This document shows positions 1 to 8,248 of a DNA stretch of 17,317 nucleotides, piece after piece. The translations under genes were made by a program, and so were the position numbers. Every line of letters begins with the position of its first letter. The stretch's first letter is position 1. The DNA comes from Armatimonadia bacterium. GTDB lineage: Bacteria; Armatimonadota; Zipacnadia; Zipacnadales; UBA11051. The stretch spans positions 1 to 17,317 of the forward strand of contig JBDKRC010000293.1 in NCBI GenBank assembly GCA_039683575.1. The letters are read 5' to 3'. The notes under the pieces were generated by a model. That model ran no database searches. It was not told the origin of the DNA and saw only the letters and a list, made by a program, of their open reading frames with translations.

Positions 1-22
1 GACCGCGCCGTCCCCTCCGACA

Positions 23-47
23 GGAGGGGCCGAGCTTTAGCCGGCCC
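23..47 (+). repeat. GGAG-tagged REP-like palindrome GGAG-GGGCCG-AGCTTTAGC-CGGCCC; a probable second unit runs back-to-back on the minus strand at 1-18, truncated by the window edge
   Basis: 25-mer is the exact reverse complement of 3253-3277; internal GGGCCG/CGGCCC stem. Confidence 0.8.
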
Positions 48-154
48 AAATGGCATGTAGGAGTTATCAGTCACAAGGACATTTCCGGCCATCATCGGCC
101 GTGGCGAACCCCATCGCCATCCGCAACGTACCACAGCCCCCCGCACGCGTCAAC

Positions 155-1426
155 CTACTCCGCCGACACCACTCCCTGGTCAGTAATCCGAAACGCCCGG
201 TACGGATACCGGTATGCTGCCGCGTGCCCCATGGCCACCCGGAAGCTCAGGTCTCGCGGGAATAGCAGCACCGAATGCAGGTTGATGCTGCCCATCGCCA
301 CTCCCGGGTCCCCGATGAAGTTCATCGTCCGGTCGATCTTCCCGTAATGGGCATTGATCAGCTCATACAGACGCCCATAGCGGCTACACCAGGCCTCTTC
401 CTCCGGTATCTCCACATCCTCATAGAGCTTGCGGAAGAAGTTCGTGGCAATGACGTAGCCCTTCTTGGCCCACCTGACCGCCACACGATCATGGTCGTAC
501 TCCACGATGGCCGCCTCGGGGCCCTCCTCCCCAACCCCGCGCAGTGCGGGCGTCTCGCCCGCTTCACCTGCCGTCTCCGCGTCCCTTGCGGGCGAGACGC
601 CCGCACTACGCGTTGAAGAGTGGACGCCCGCACCACGCACCAAGGGCCGTTCCCCTGCCACCAACATATTCGTCCCGCAGGCCCGCGGCGTCTGCTGCAC
701 CGTTTCCACCCCTTCCGCCACGGTCGCCGAATGCTGCACGATCTTGCGGATCATGAAGCACGTCGACAGCCCCTCCAGGCTGTCACTGCGTCCCCACGAG
801 GTGTTGTTCGCCGCGATGACGCCCTCCGTGTTCATCGCCGTCCAGCCGTTGATGATCCCCGCCCACGTGATCGTGATGAACGGAATGCCATTCTGTGGGA
901 TGTAATGCAGGATCACAGCAGCATATTCGCTGACCCCGTGGTCAAAAAAGTCGAAGTTCCTTCCGGCGATCAGCTCCCCGCTCGCCGTTGCCGGACCATA
1001 GGCCGCGAAGCTGCTGCACTGCGATGCCCGCCAGACATCGCCAAACAGTTGCAGCGCCACCAGGTCCTCATACTTCACCTTGGCCTCGCCCGCCAGCGCC
1101 CGCAACTCGCGCTTGATATCATCGGGAAGCTGCTTCTCCATCCGCCGCGTCCCCGCCATCAGCTTGCCATAGGCCTCCGGTGTCGACGCTTCCCCCTCCA
1201 GGATCACATCCTTCACCACCCGCCGCACCTGCTCACCCAGAAACCGCCCGTGCTGCCGTCCCATCTCCTCCGGCGTCCCCACGAGCCGCACGATCAGGTA
1301 GCCATTGCAGTGGTACCGCGCCGGCTCCAGTCCTTGCGCCATCGCCACGGAACTGAGCACGCACAGCAAAATGCCCGACAGCAGTGTCGGGCGTGAATAG
1401 GCTCGGAAGTGAGTCCGGATAGTCAT
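155..1426 (-). CDS. Secreted C45-family autoproteolytic acyltransferase/hydrolase (Ntn-hydrolase)
   Basis: Signal peptide (LLSGILLCVLSSVAMA); GTPEEMGRQHG; predicted N-terminal nucleophile CSSF followed by GRNFDF; TAMNTEGV; ATN. Start is ATG 1426 or TTG 1435. Confidence 0.85.
   Translation of the reverse strand: MTIRTHFRAYSRPTLLSGILLCVLSSVAMAQGLEPARYHCNGYLIVRLVGTPEEMGRQHGRFLGEQVRRVVKDVILEGEASTPEAYGKLMAGTRRMEKQLPDDIKRELRALAGEAKVKYEDLVALQLFGDVWRASQCSSFAAYGPATASGELIAGRNFDFFDHGVSEYAAVILHYIPQNGIPFITITWAGIINGWTAMNTEGVIAANNTSWGRSDSLEGLSTCFMIRKIVQHSATVAEGVETVQQTPRACGTNMLVAGERPLVRGAGVHSSTRSAGVSPARDAETAGEAGETPALRGVGEEGPEAAIVEYDHDRVAVRWAKKGYVIATNFFRKLYEDVEIPEEEAWCSRYGRLYELINAHYGKIDRTMNFIGDPGVAMGSINLHSVLLFPRDLSFRVAMGHAAAYRYPYRAFRITDQGVVSAE
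538..638. repeat. REP doublet (25-bp inverted arms 538-562 and 588-612) plus a partial third unit at 623-638, inside the C45 CDS
   Basis: cgcgcagtgcgggcgtctcgcccgc ... gcgggcgagacgcccgcactacgcg with 1 mismatch; GTAG tag on the minus-strand arm; related intergenic copies at 11714-11768. Confidence 0.85.
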
Positions 1427-1506
1427 AGTCAACAAGAACAGCCCCGGCCAACTAACGTTCCCTGGTCCCCCGATGCTCGCCTGTCACGTTTCACGCCGTT
1501 CTCGCT

Positions 1507-3141
1507 TCACATCTCCCTCTCCGCACGCAACACCAGCCTCTCGAGAACCACCGGCTGCCCCTTCTCCCCCATCTGCAACTGCACGCTGTGCCACCCTTCA
1601 TCCTGCTTCCCCAGCGCCAGTCCCGTCTCAGCTTCCACCGGTAGCGGCCCCTTGCCGTCTATGAGCACAGTCAGCCCCTCGGCCTTCGGTGCCGTCTGCA
1701 GCGTCCACGTCCCGGCTGGGAGATACATCGGGTACACGGCCATGTCCCCCGGTGAGAGTACCACCCGCGTGCGCCCCAGCGCCCCTTCCAGAGGCTTCTC
1801 CGCCAGCTTACTCGCCGCCAGGTTCAGCGAGCCGGCCTCCACCGTCAGCGCGCCCTTCGCTGCCTGTCGCCGCAGATACGTCTTCAGCGCCAGCACACAG
1901 TCGGGGGCCTGCGGGCCATCTGACGCCAGCACCGCTTTGAGCGCCTCCGGACCGTAGGCCGCCTGCGCCCACATCATGAACCCCACGAAATACTGCATCG
2001 CGTCTTCGCCGGCCTTGCCTAACAGCGTGGACTCAGGCCCCGCCGCGTGCCAGTAGTCCAGTGAGGTCCGGCAGGTCTTCTCGATGAAATCGCTCAGCTT
2101 CAGTTCATCGCCCGGCCAAAGCGCCGCCACGGCCTGCTGCGCCGCTTTGCTGGGCCACGGGTCTCCCGCCACCAGCCCCGCCTCAAGCGCGAGATACTGC
2201 GCGAATAGCCGCTCTCCAAGGTACCCCGACGCGTAGCTCTCGGGGCGCTCATAGACCCCGATCGCCGGCAGCACCAGATGCCCCAACTCATGCCCGGCCT
2301 GCCGCACCCACTCGACCGGCGTCCGCTCCACCGCCACGTCGTAGAAGTACAATGAGTTCCTGTACATCTCCGCCCCGGCCGGCCCCCGCGGACACAAGAA
2401 AGCCTTTACCGGCTCATCGCCCGGCAAATCTGCCCCCAGATAAGACCGCGAGTACCAGCAGAACCGCAACAGCAGGTGCGTGAGCTTCTGGCTCAGCCCC
2501 TGATAGCTGCGTCCGCCAGACAAGGTCTCTGAGGGATACGAGAGGATGAAATCGAGGTCGAAGATGTCTGTGTCAGCCGGCATCGTGTAACCGTAGCAGG
2601 AACGGTTCACGGTGCACTTCACGCTCGAGGCCGTCACCGGAATAGGCACTTCAACGGCAGAGGCGCCCCGCTTCATATCCTCATGGAACAGCATCGAGGT
2701 GGTATAAGCGAGCCGCCGGGCCGTCTCCCCCTCGGGCGTCAGCAGGCGGACTTCGTCATTGGCGAACCCTGTGGAACTGAACGCCAGGTAAGGCGCACGC
2801 AGCCGCCGCGGGAACGGGTGCTCGTAGAAGAGCAGCTTCATCGTCTCCCGCGCGTTCGGGTAGTCCGGTCGCAGCATCAAGAGCTTGCCGCAAGCATCCA
2901 GTGCCTTGGCCCACTCCCCCGTGGCCGCATACAGGTCGTAATAGTTGGAATAGACCCCGGGGTAGCCAGGCTCCAGGTTCTCAGCCTGCAGCAACTTGGC
3001 TTCTGCCTCGGCATACCGTCCGGACTTGATCAGGTCCTGTGCCGACTTGAGCAAGTCCGAAACCTGCCGTCGCTGGTCCTGCGCCATGGCAGGCCCCACG
3101 ACAAGCATAATCAAAACGACTAACAGCGGCCAGCGTCTCAT
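1507..3141 (-). CDS. Exported TPR-repeat protein with a putative zincin (HEXXH) domain
   Basis: Signal peptide MRRWPLLVVLIMLVVGPAMA; TPR-like helices (YAEAEAKLLQAENLEP, WAKALDACGKLLMLRP); HELGH motif; GGAGG RBS upstream of the ATG. Confidence 0.75.
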   Translation of the reverse strand: MRRWPLLVVLIMLVVGPAMAQDQRRQVSDLLKSAQDLIKSGRYAEAEAKLLQAENLEPGYPGVYSNYYDLYAATGEWAKALDACGKLLMLRPDYPNARETMKLLFYEHPFPRRLRAPYLAFSSTGFANDEVRLLTPEGETARRLAYTTSMLFHEDMKRGASAVEVPIPVTASSVKCTVNRSCYGYTMPADTDIFDLDFILSYPSETLSGGRSYQGLSQKLTHLLLRFCWYSRSYLGADLPGDEPVKAFLCPRGPAGAEMYRNSLYFYDVAVERTPVEWVRQAGHELGHLVLPAIGVYERPESYASGYLGERLFAQYLALEAGLVAGDPWPSKAAQQAVAALWPGDELKLSDFIEKTCRTSLDYWHAAGPESTLLGKAGEDAMQYFVGFMMWAQAAYGPEALKAVLASDGPQAPDCVLALKTYLRRQAAKGALTVEAGSLNLAASKLAEKPLEGALGRTRVVLSPGDMAVYPMYLPAGTWTLQTAPKAEGLTVLIDGKGPLPVEAETGLALGKQDEGWHSVQLQMGEKGQPVVLERLVLRAEREM

Positions 3142-3170
3142 AAGCCGTTGCCTCCGTCAGTCTCTGTACT

Positions 3171-3220
3171 ACGGGGGGCCGTGCCGAGACCGCAGCGGTC
3201 TCACAGCCGGCCCTCGCCGT
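3171..3220 (-). promoter_or_regulatory. Long imperfect intergenic hairpin upstream of the RBS of the TPR gene
   Basis: GAGACCG-cag-CGGTCTC core (3186-3202), outer GGGCCG/CGGCCC and ACGG/CCGT pairs. Confidence 0.45.
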
Positions 3221-3252
3221 TATCACCGACAAGTTACGCCTACACCACCCCC

Positions 3253-3277
3253 GGGCCGGCTAAAGCTCGGCCCCTCC
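3253..3277 (-). repeat. GGAG-tagged REP-like unit overlapping the last codons and stop of the 3260-4216 CDS
   Basis: Exact 25/25 inverted copy of 23-47; encodes G-G-A-E-L-stop. Confidence 0.8.
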
Positions 3278-4216
3278 CTCATGGCAAGCAATCTTCCCCG
3301 CCATTTCATCCACCAACCCCACATGCTCGCGGTCCATGATCCCCTCAACGTAGAACAGCTTGTTATCCTCTTCACAGTGCCACAGAATTGCCCGCACCCG
3401 GTCCGGGAAGTCCTTCCCCCGCACATGCTGCACAAACGCCTGGATCTTCTCCTGGGGCAAGTTCGAGCGCCCGGTGATCACAATTGCCTGATGACCACGG
3501 TAAGTCTCGGTGCTGAAATCGGTGCTGAACTTCTTGATCCGCTTGGCGAGCTCTTTCTTGCCCCATTCCTCCAGTGACGTGCGCTTGAGCACCACATTCG
3601 CCATGCCCCACCGCGCAGCCGTCAGCCGCTCGCCCTCCCGGTCGAGTGTCACCTCGATCAGTCCGGCCATCAGCTTCTGCCCAGACAGCACGAAGTCCGC
3701 GGGCGCCTCAAAACCAAAGCCGTAGGCCGACCAGTAAGCCCAATCCCCAACCGTATGGTCTTCAGTTCCCAGAATCACCCGCTCCGCCAACTCCTGCACC
3801 GGCTCGTCCAGCTTCCCCATGACCTGTATGATCACGGTCCGGTGGCAGTCCGGGCAGTACCACGCGGCCCCAAAGCCCTGAGTTTCGGACTTCCAGGAGA
3901 AGGTCTCCAGGCTCTTCTTGCCCTTCAACTTCCGCTTGCTGACCAGTTTGGTGTCCCGCGAGACCTCTGGCTTGTCCTTCTTCTTGCCCTTCTGCAGGTC
4001 TTTGAGGTACTTGTCCACCAGGCCGGGAATGTCAATGAAGCTCTTGCCGGCGTCGGCCCACTTGATTTCCATCCGCGGCATGTCACTATCATCAAAGCGC
4101 AGATACCCCTGCGTCTTCTCGCCACCAATAGCGCCGATGTTCCATTCCTCGGGAAGTTCGAACGTAAGCCCCTGCCAGCCTGCCCTAACCCACTTCTGCT
4201 TCGAAAAATCAGTCAT
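3260..4216 (-). CDS. Hypothetical protein with an apparent internal two-domain duplication
   Basis: 318-aa ORF with natural composition; AAGGA RBS-like sequence upstream; repeated motifs GWQGLTFELPEEW / SAYGFGFEAPADF and WYCPDCHR / WHCEEDNK. Confidence 0.8.
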   Translation of the reverse strand: MTDFSKQKWVRAGWQGLTFELPEEWNIGAIGGEKTQGYLRFDDSDMPRMEIKWADAGKSFIDIPGLVDKYLKDLQKGKKKDKPEVSRDTKLVSKRKLKGKKSLETFSWKSETQGFGAAWYCPDCHRTVIIQVMGKLDEPVQELAERVILGTEDHTVGDWAYWSAYGFGFEAPADFVLSGQKLMAGLIEVTLDREGERLTAARWGMANVVLKRTSLEEWGKKELAKRIKKFSTDFSTETYRGHQAIVITGRSNLPQEKIQAFVQHVRGKDFPDRVRAILWHCEEDNKLFYVEGIMDREHVGLVDEMAGKIACHEGGAEL

Positions 4217-4281
4217 AGACCATCCTTGCGAATTCCGCTATGCGCGTTACACTGTGCGCTTTCCGTCCCCCCACAGACGGT

Positions 4282-4361
4282 TGCCATTCTGAAGAGCGCC
4301 GTATGCGACGAGGAATCCCGGTCTTCGGCCGCGGAGATTCTTCGCTTCGGTCAGAATGACA
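4282..4361. repeat. TGTCATTCTGA...TCAGAATGACA-type long palindromic intergenic repeat (GTC-tagged REP/MITE-like)
   Basis: Ends tgccattctga / tcagaatgaca (1 mismatch); inner cgaggaatc / gattcttcg arms. Confidence 0.65.
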
Positions 4362-4382
4362 GCGATCGTCGGGGCTGTCGTT

Positions 4383-4435
4383 GTTCCCGCCTTACCCGTT
4401 CCCACGTTCCCGCCTCACCTGTTCCCGCCTCACCC
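4383..4435. repeat. Short tandem repeat of GTTCCCGCCTYACCY (3 full units plus one 8-nt partial) overlapping the GT2 stop codon
   Basis: Units at 4383-4397, 4398-4405 (partial), 4406-4420, 4421-4435. Confidence 0.75.
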
Positions 4436-5410
4436 TCTATACGCCCTCGGTGCTCTCACCAGTATGTCCCCGCCATGCTTCACATGCCACCCCAGCCGCG
4501 CCGCGGTCAGCCTCAGTTCGGCCTTCAGCGCACCCTCGCGGTTGCCGCCGATCATGTTCCGCGGGACATAGTACGCCCAGCGGACAAATAGCCTTCCCAG
4601 GCGGTTGAGATACAGGATCGTGGTCAGGACGCGTCCCCGGTGTATCCGCCAGTACGTATACTCCGCCATCGTCATGCGGAAATCTGCCTGCAGACTTGGG
4701 ACCTTCGAGGCCGAGGCACCATGCTCGTGGTGGCACACCGCCGTGGTCACTACCACCCGCCGCCAGCCTGCCTTCTTCATCCGCAGGCACCAGTCCGCGT
4801 CATCGTACCACATAAACAGCCGCTCTTCCATGCCGCCGATCTGCTCGACGACTTCCCTGCGCACCATCAAGCAGGCCCCGATCAGCCATTCCACGTCATA
4901 CAGCGGCGCGTCGCGATAGAACGCGCGTATCATCCGGTGCTCGATACGCGTGTTGGTCTTAACAGGCAGAAGCCGCAGCGAAAGCCGTGGAAACACCCCT
5001 GCCGGGACATCCTTGCGCTCGTCCGTCCAGACGGGGCTGCAGGCCCCGATATCCTGGTTCTCGTCCATCACTCGCACCAGTTCCGGCAGACAGCCCCGCG
5101 TCAACTCCGCGTCGCTGTTCAGGAACAGGATGTACCGTCCCTGGGCCCGCGCGAGGCCCTGATTGCAGGCCCGCGTGTAGCCAAGATTATCGTCATTGGC
5201 GATAAGCTGCACATTGCTGTAGAGCCGGTAGACCATCTCCGCGCTGCCGTCGGCGGAGCCATTATCTACCACAATGGTCTCGACGCTCAGATCGCCGGTC
5301 CACTTCCGCGCAGACACAATCGCCCGCGCCAGAAGGTCACGGGTATTCCAGTTAACTATGATGACAGAAACGTCCAACCTCTTTAGTCCACCTTTGTGTG
5401 TACCCGACAT
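4430..5410 (-). CDS. Glycosyltransferase family 2 (WbbL/rhamnosyltransferase-like)
   Basis: VSVIIVNWNT, VVDNGSADGS, LFLNSD, WLIGACLMVRR, DDADWCLR motifs; start may be TTG 5377. Confidence 0.9.
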   Translation of the reverse strand: MSGTHKGGLKRLDVSVIIVNWNTRDLLARAIVSARKWTGDLSVETIVVDNGSADGSAEMVYRLYSNVQLIANDDNLGYTRACNQGLARAQGRYILFLNSDAELTRGCLPELVRVMDENQDIGACSPVWTDERKDVPAGVFPRLSLRLLPVKTNTRIEHRMIRAFYRDAPLYDVEWLIGACLMVRREVVEQIGGMEERLFMWYDDADWCLRMKKAGWRRVVVTTAVCHHEHGASASKVPSLQADFRMTMAEYTYWRIHRGRVLTTILYLNRLGRLFVRWAYYVPRNMIGGNREGALKAELRLTAARLGWHVKHGGDILVRAPRAYRG

Positions 5411-5437
5411 TCCTGCCGGGCTCCGATCATATCAATT

Positions 5438-6418
5438 CTACTCGCCCGCCCTCACGCACCACACGTCCAGGTTCTCCCCTGCGCCCCTCCGTGCGGCGTC
5501 GCTCCACTCCCGCACCTCTACCGCACCTGGCGGCCCCTCGCCCGCAGCCTTCCGGCTCTCCTCCCACACCCACAAGTCCGCCATGGTCCGCAGCGACACC
5601 ACCAGCAGCCCCGCCTCCGCTGCCGTCCGACGCACAGTGTCTTCCGTGAAATGGTACAGGTGCCGCGGCACATCCAGCGCCCGCCACTGGGCTCCATAGC
5701 GCTGCGCTGTCCAGGCGTTAGTATTCGGCACGGTGATCTGGGCCACGCCCCCCTGCTTCAGCACGCGCCGGCATTCCCGCAGCGTTCTCAGCGGGTCCAG
5801 CGTATGCTCGAGCACATGGCTCATGTTCACAAAGTCCATGCTCTGATCGGCAAACGGCAGCGCCTGCGCATCTCCCGCTACCATCCGGTGCCCTCGTTCC
5901 GCTGCCGCCCCCACTGCGGCCTCGCCCATGTCCAGCCCGAAGGTCTGCCAGCCCATGTCCCGCGCCAACTCCAGCCGCTCCCCGGCCCCGCCGCCAATGT
6001 CCAGGAACCGGGCTCCGGCCCTCTGCGCCGGCACCGCCCACACCGCCCTGATGCCCCGCAACGCCCCCACTGCAAAAAGCGCCGCTTTCCACCGCCATCC
6101 CGGCCCGCGCTCCCGTGGGGGCAACAGCCCCAACGCCCGCCACAGACGTACCTTCAGCCGATGGCTTCGCGGCCGTACCCCCTGAAACACATACGAATAG
6201 TAGTCCTGCGCATAGTATCCCGCCAGCGCCTCCCCCTCCGGACGCGGGTTGACATACCGCAGCCCGCAGCCCTTGCACTCCACAATGTCGAACAACTCAT
6301 CTGGCCGCTCGGGACAAGCGGCGTGCAACCACAGCGAGGATTCCCCGCCGCCGCAGAGAATACACCGCTTAACACTGCGCAAGTTCGGGGAAGACGAAGA
6401 AGAACCAGTCACAAACAA
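5438..6418 (-). CDS. Class I SAM-dependent methyltransferase with N-terminal CxxC...CxxC zinc ribbon
   Basis: CILC, CKGC, LDIGGGAG motif I, SHVLEH, DVPRHLYHF; start uncertain (TTG 6418 or GTG 6376). Confidence 0.85.
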   Translation of the reverse strand: MFVTGSSSSSPNLRSVKRCILCGGGESSLWLHAACPERPDELFDIVECKGCGLRYVNPRPEGEALAGYYAQDYYSYVFQGVRPRSHRLKVRLWRALGLLPPRERGPGWRWKAALFAVGALRGIRAVWAVPAQRAGARFLDIGGGAGERLELARDMGWQTFGLDMGEAAVGAAAERGHRMVAGDAQALPFADQSMDFVNMSHVLEHTLDPLRTLRECRRVLKQGGVAQITVPNTNAWTAQRYGAQWRALDVPRHLYHFTEDTVRRTAAEAGLLVVSLRTMADLWVWEESRKAAGEGPPGAVEVREWSDAARRGAGENLDVWCVRAGE

Positions 6419-6456
6419 CCATTCCTCAGATTACCCGCAAGCACCTGCCGCCTCAA

Positions 6457-6521
6457 GCGGGTTCAAGGATGAACCCGCCTACGCGCTGACATTGCGTAGG
6501 CCGGTCGCGTCCCGCACCGGC
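6457..6521. repeat. Back-to-back GTAG-tagged REP pair in the divergent intergenic region
   Basis: Minus strand 6482-6457: GTAG-GCGGGTTCA-tcct-TGAACCCGC. Plus strand 6496-6521: GTAG-GCCGGT-N10-ACCGGC. Confidence 0.75.
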
Positions 6522-6586
6522 ATCTCATACGCGCTCTCACCCAACAGGAACCATCCGACATCCTGGTGGTGTTGCACTAAACGACC

Positions 6587-7384
6587 ATGGCCAACGCTTT
6601 CGCTCTCCCCTTACAACAACTTTGGACGCACCGTGACCTCCTGTACGAACTGGTCAGTCGCGAACTGAAGGTCCGCTACCGCCGCTCGGCCCTGGGCTTT
6701 CTGTGGTCGCTGATCACCCCTATCTACCAGATCGTCATCTACACCGTGGTGCTCAAGTACATCATGGGCTGGGGGCCGAAGAACCTCTCGGTCAGCATCC
6801 TCGTGGCCATCATCCCCTGGACTTTCTTCAGCGTCGGCGTGCTGAACTCGTGTTCCGCCGTCATGCGCTACCGAAATGTAGTCAAGAAGGTCTACTTCCC
6901 CCGCCAGATGCTCCCCTTGGCCACCGTAATGGCCAATCTCATCCATCTGGTCCTCAGCGTCGTCGTGCTCTTCGCGCTGTTCCTCGTAATCCCTGTAGCC
7001 TTCACCAGCTCTTTCTTCTTCCTGATCGTGCTGGTAGCCGGACAGACCCTCCTGGTGGCCGGTCTCGGTTTCATAGTCGGCTGTCTGCATACCTTCTATC
7101 AGGACGTCGAGTACGCCCTGACCAACCTCATGCAGGTTGGCATGTTTCTGACCCCGGTAATCTACCCGTTCTCGATGCTCAACAACCAGCCGGACCTGTA
7201 CCGCACGCTCTACTACCTAAACCCCATGGCCGTCTACACCGAAGGCTGGCGCGGGCTGCTTCTACGCAACGAGTATCCCGACCCGTACTACTTGGCCGTT
7301 GCCCTGGGCGTGAGCTTCATCACGTTCCTCATCGGCCTCGTCCTCTGGCGGCGCTACGAGTGGCGCTTCCCGGAGGTGATCTAG
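6587..7384 (+). CDS. wzm: ABC-2 type polysaccharide export permease
   Basis: RELKVRYRRSALGFLWSLITP, VKKVYFPR, YQDV, FLTPVIYP, LNPM motifs; about 6 TM segments. Confidence 0.93.
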   Translation: MANAFALPLQQLWTHRDLLYELVSRELKVRYRRSALGFLWSLITPIYQIVIYTVVLKYIMGWGPKNLSVSILVAIIPWTFFSVGVLNSCSAVMRYRNVVKKVYFPRQMLPLATVMANLIHLVLSVVVLFALFLVIPVAFTSSFFFLIVLVAGQTLLVAGLGFIVGCLHTFYQDVEYALTNLMQVGMFLTPVIYPFSMLNNQPDLYRTLYYLNPMAVYTEGWRGLLLRNEYPDPYYLAVALGVSFITFLIGLVLWRRYEWRFPEVI

Positions 7385-8161
7385 TTGACCGCCCCCCGTA
7401 TCCACGTCCAAGATCTCAAGAAGCGCTTCGTCGTCTGGCATGACCGGCCCAATTCCTTCAAGGACGCCGTAGTACGCCGGATCACCCGCGCCGCCGTCAG
7501 CCGCGAGGACTTCTGGGCACTCAAGGGTGTCTCCTTTGACATCCACCCCGGCGAGGCCGTCGGCATCATCGGGCCCAATGGCTCCGGCAAAAGCACCACC
7601 CTCGGCCTCGTTGGCAAGGTCCTGCGCCCCACTTCCGGCGTCTGCGAGGTCAACGGCCGCATCTCCATCCTCATGGAGGCCGGCGTCGGCTTCCACGAAG
7701 ATCTCACCGGCATCGAGAACATCTACCTCAGCGGCGCGCTGCTTGGCATGCGCCGCCGCGAGATCCGTCGAAAGATCGATGACATCATAGACTTCGCCGG
7801 CATCCACGAATTCATAGATACTCCCGTGCGCATGCTCTCCTCGGGGATGTACATGCGCCTGGGGTTCTCCGTCGCGGTCCACCTCGACCCGGAAATCCTC
7901 CTCGTAGATGAGGTCCTTGCCGTCGGTGACGAGGCGTTCCACCACAAATGCCGGCGCCGCCTCGCCGAGTTCCGCGAGAATGGCGGCGCGATCATGTTCG
8001 TCTCGCACCGCATGGCCGAGGTCAAATGGCTATGCAGCCGTGTCATCTGGATGCAAGACGGTCTGGTCCGCCAGGAGGGGCCCGCCGAGGAGGTAGTTGC
8101 AGCCTACGTAGCAGAAAACGAACCGGAGCAGAACGAACTGGACGATGAGTGCCTGGTGTAG
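7385..8161 (+). CDS. wzt: Polysaccharide ABC transporter ATP-binding protein without C-terminal carbohydrate-binding domain
   Basis: FWALKGVSF, Walker A GPNGSGKST, LSSGMYMRLGFS, Walker B LLVDEVLAVGD, VSH; TTG start directly after the wzm stop with GGAGG upstream. Confidence 0.93.
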   Translation: MTAPRIHVQDLKKRFVVWHDRPNSFKDAVVRRITRAAVSREDFWALKGVSFDIHPGEAVGIIGPNGSGKSTTLGLVGKVLRPTSGVCEVNGRISILMEAGVGFHEDLTGIENIYLSGALLGMRRREIRRKIDDIIDFAGIHEFIDTPVRMLSSGMYMRLGFSVAVHLDPEILLVDEVLAVGDEAFHHKCRRRLAEFRENGGAIMFVSHRMAEVKWLCSRVIWMQDGLVRQEGPAEEVVAAYVAENEPEQNELDDECLV

Positions 8162-8171
8162 CGGAGACGTC

Positions 8172-8191
8172 TTACGGATTACGGATTACGG
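8172..8191. repeat. Heptamer tandem repeat (TTACGGA) x ~3
   Basis: ttacgga ttacgga ttacgg between convergent genes. Confidence 0.7.
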
Positions 8192-8219
8192 CGGTGACTG
8201 ACGTACTGGCCGCTCTCGC

Positions 8220-8244
8220 GTAGGTGGGTTCGTCCCGAACCCAC
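8220..8244 (+). repeat. GTAG-tagged REP between convergent wzt and GT2; may double as a 3' hairpin
   Basis: GTAG-GTGGGTTCG-tcc-CGAACCCAC; same type as 6457-6482. Confidence 0.75.
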
Positions 8245-8248
8245 TCCG

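Noticed and set aside
4383-4435. CRISPR-like repeats starting GTTCCC
   Set aside because: 15-nt units abut with no spacers, and no cas genes are present
6102-6114. GGGAGCGCGGGCC half-REP in the methyltransferase CDS
   Set aside because: No second arm; too short to distinguish from chance
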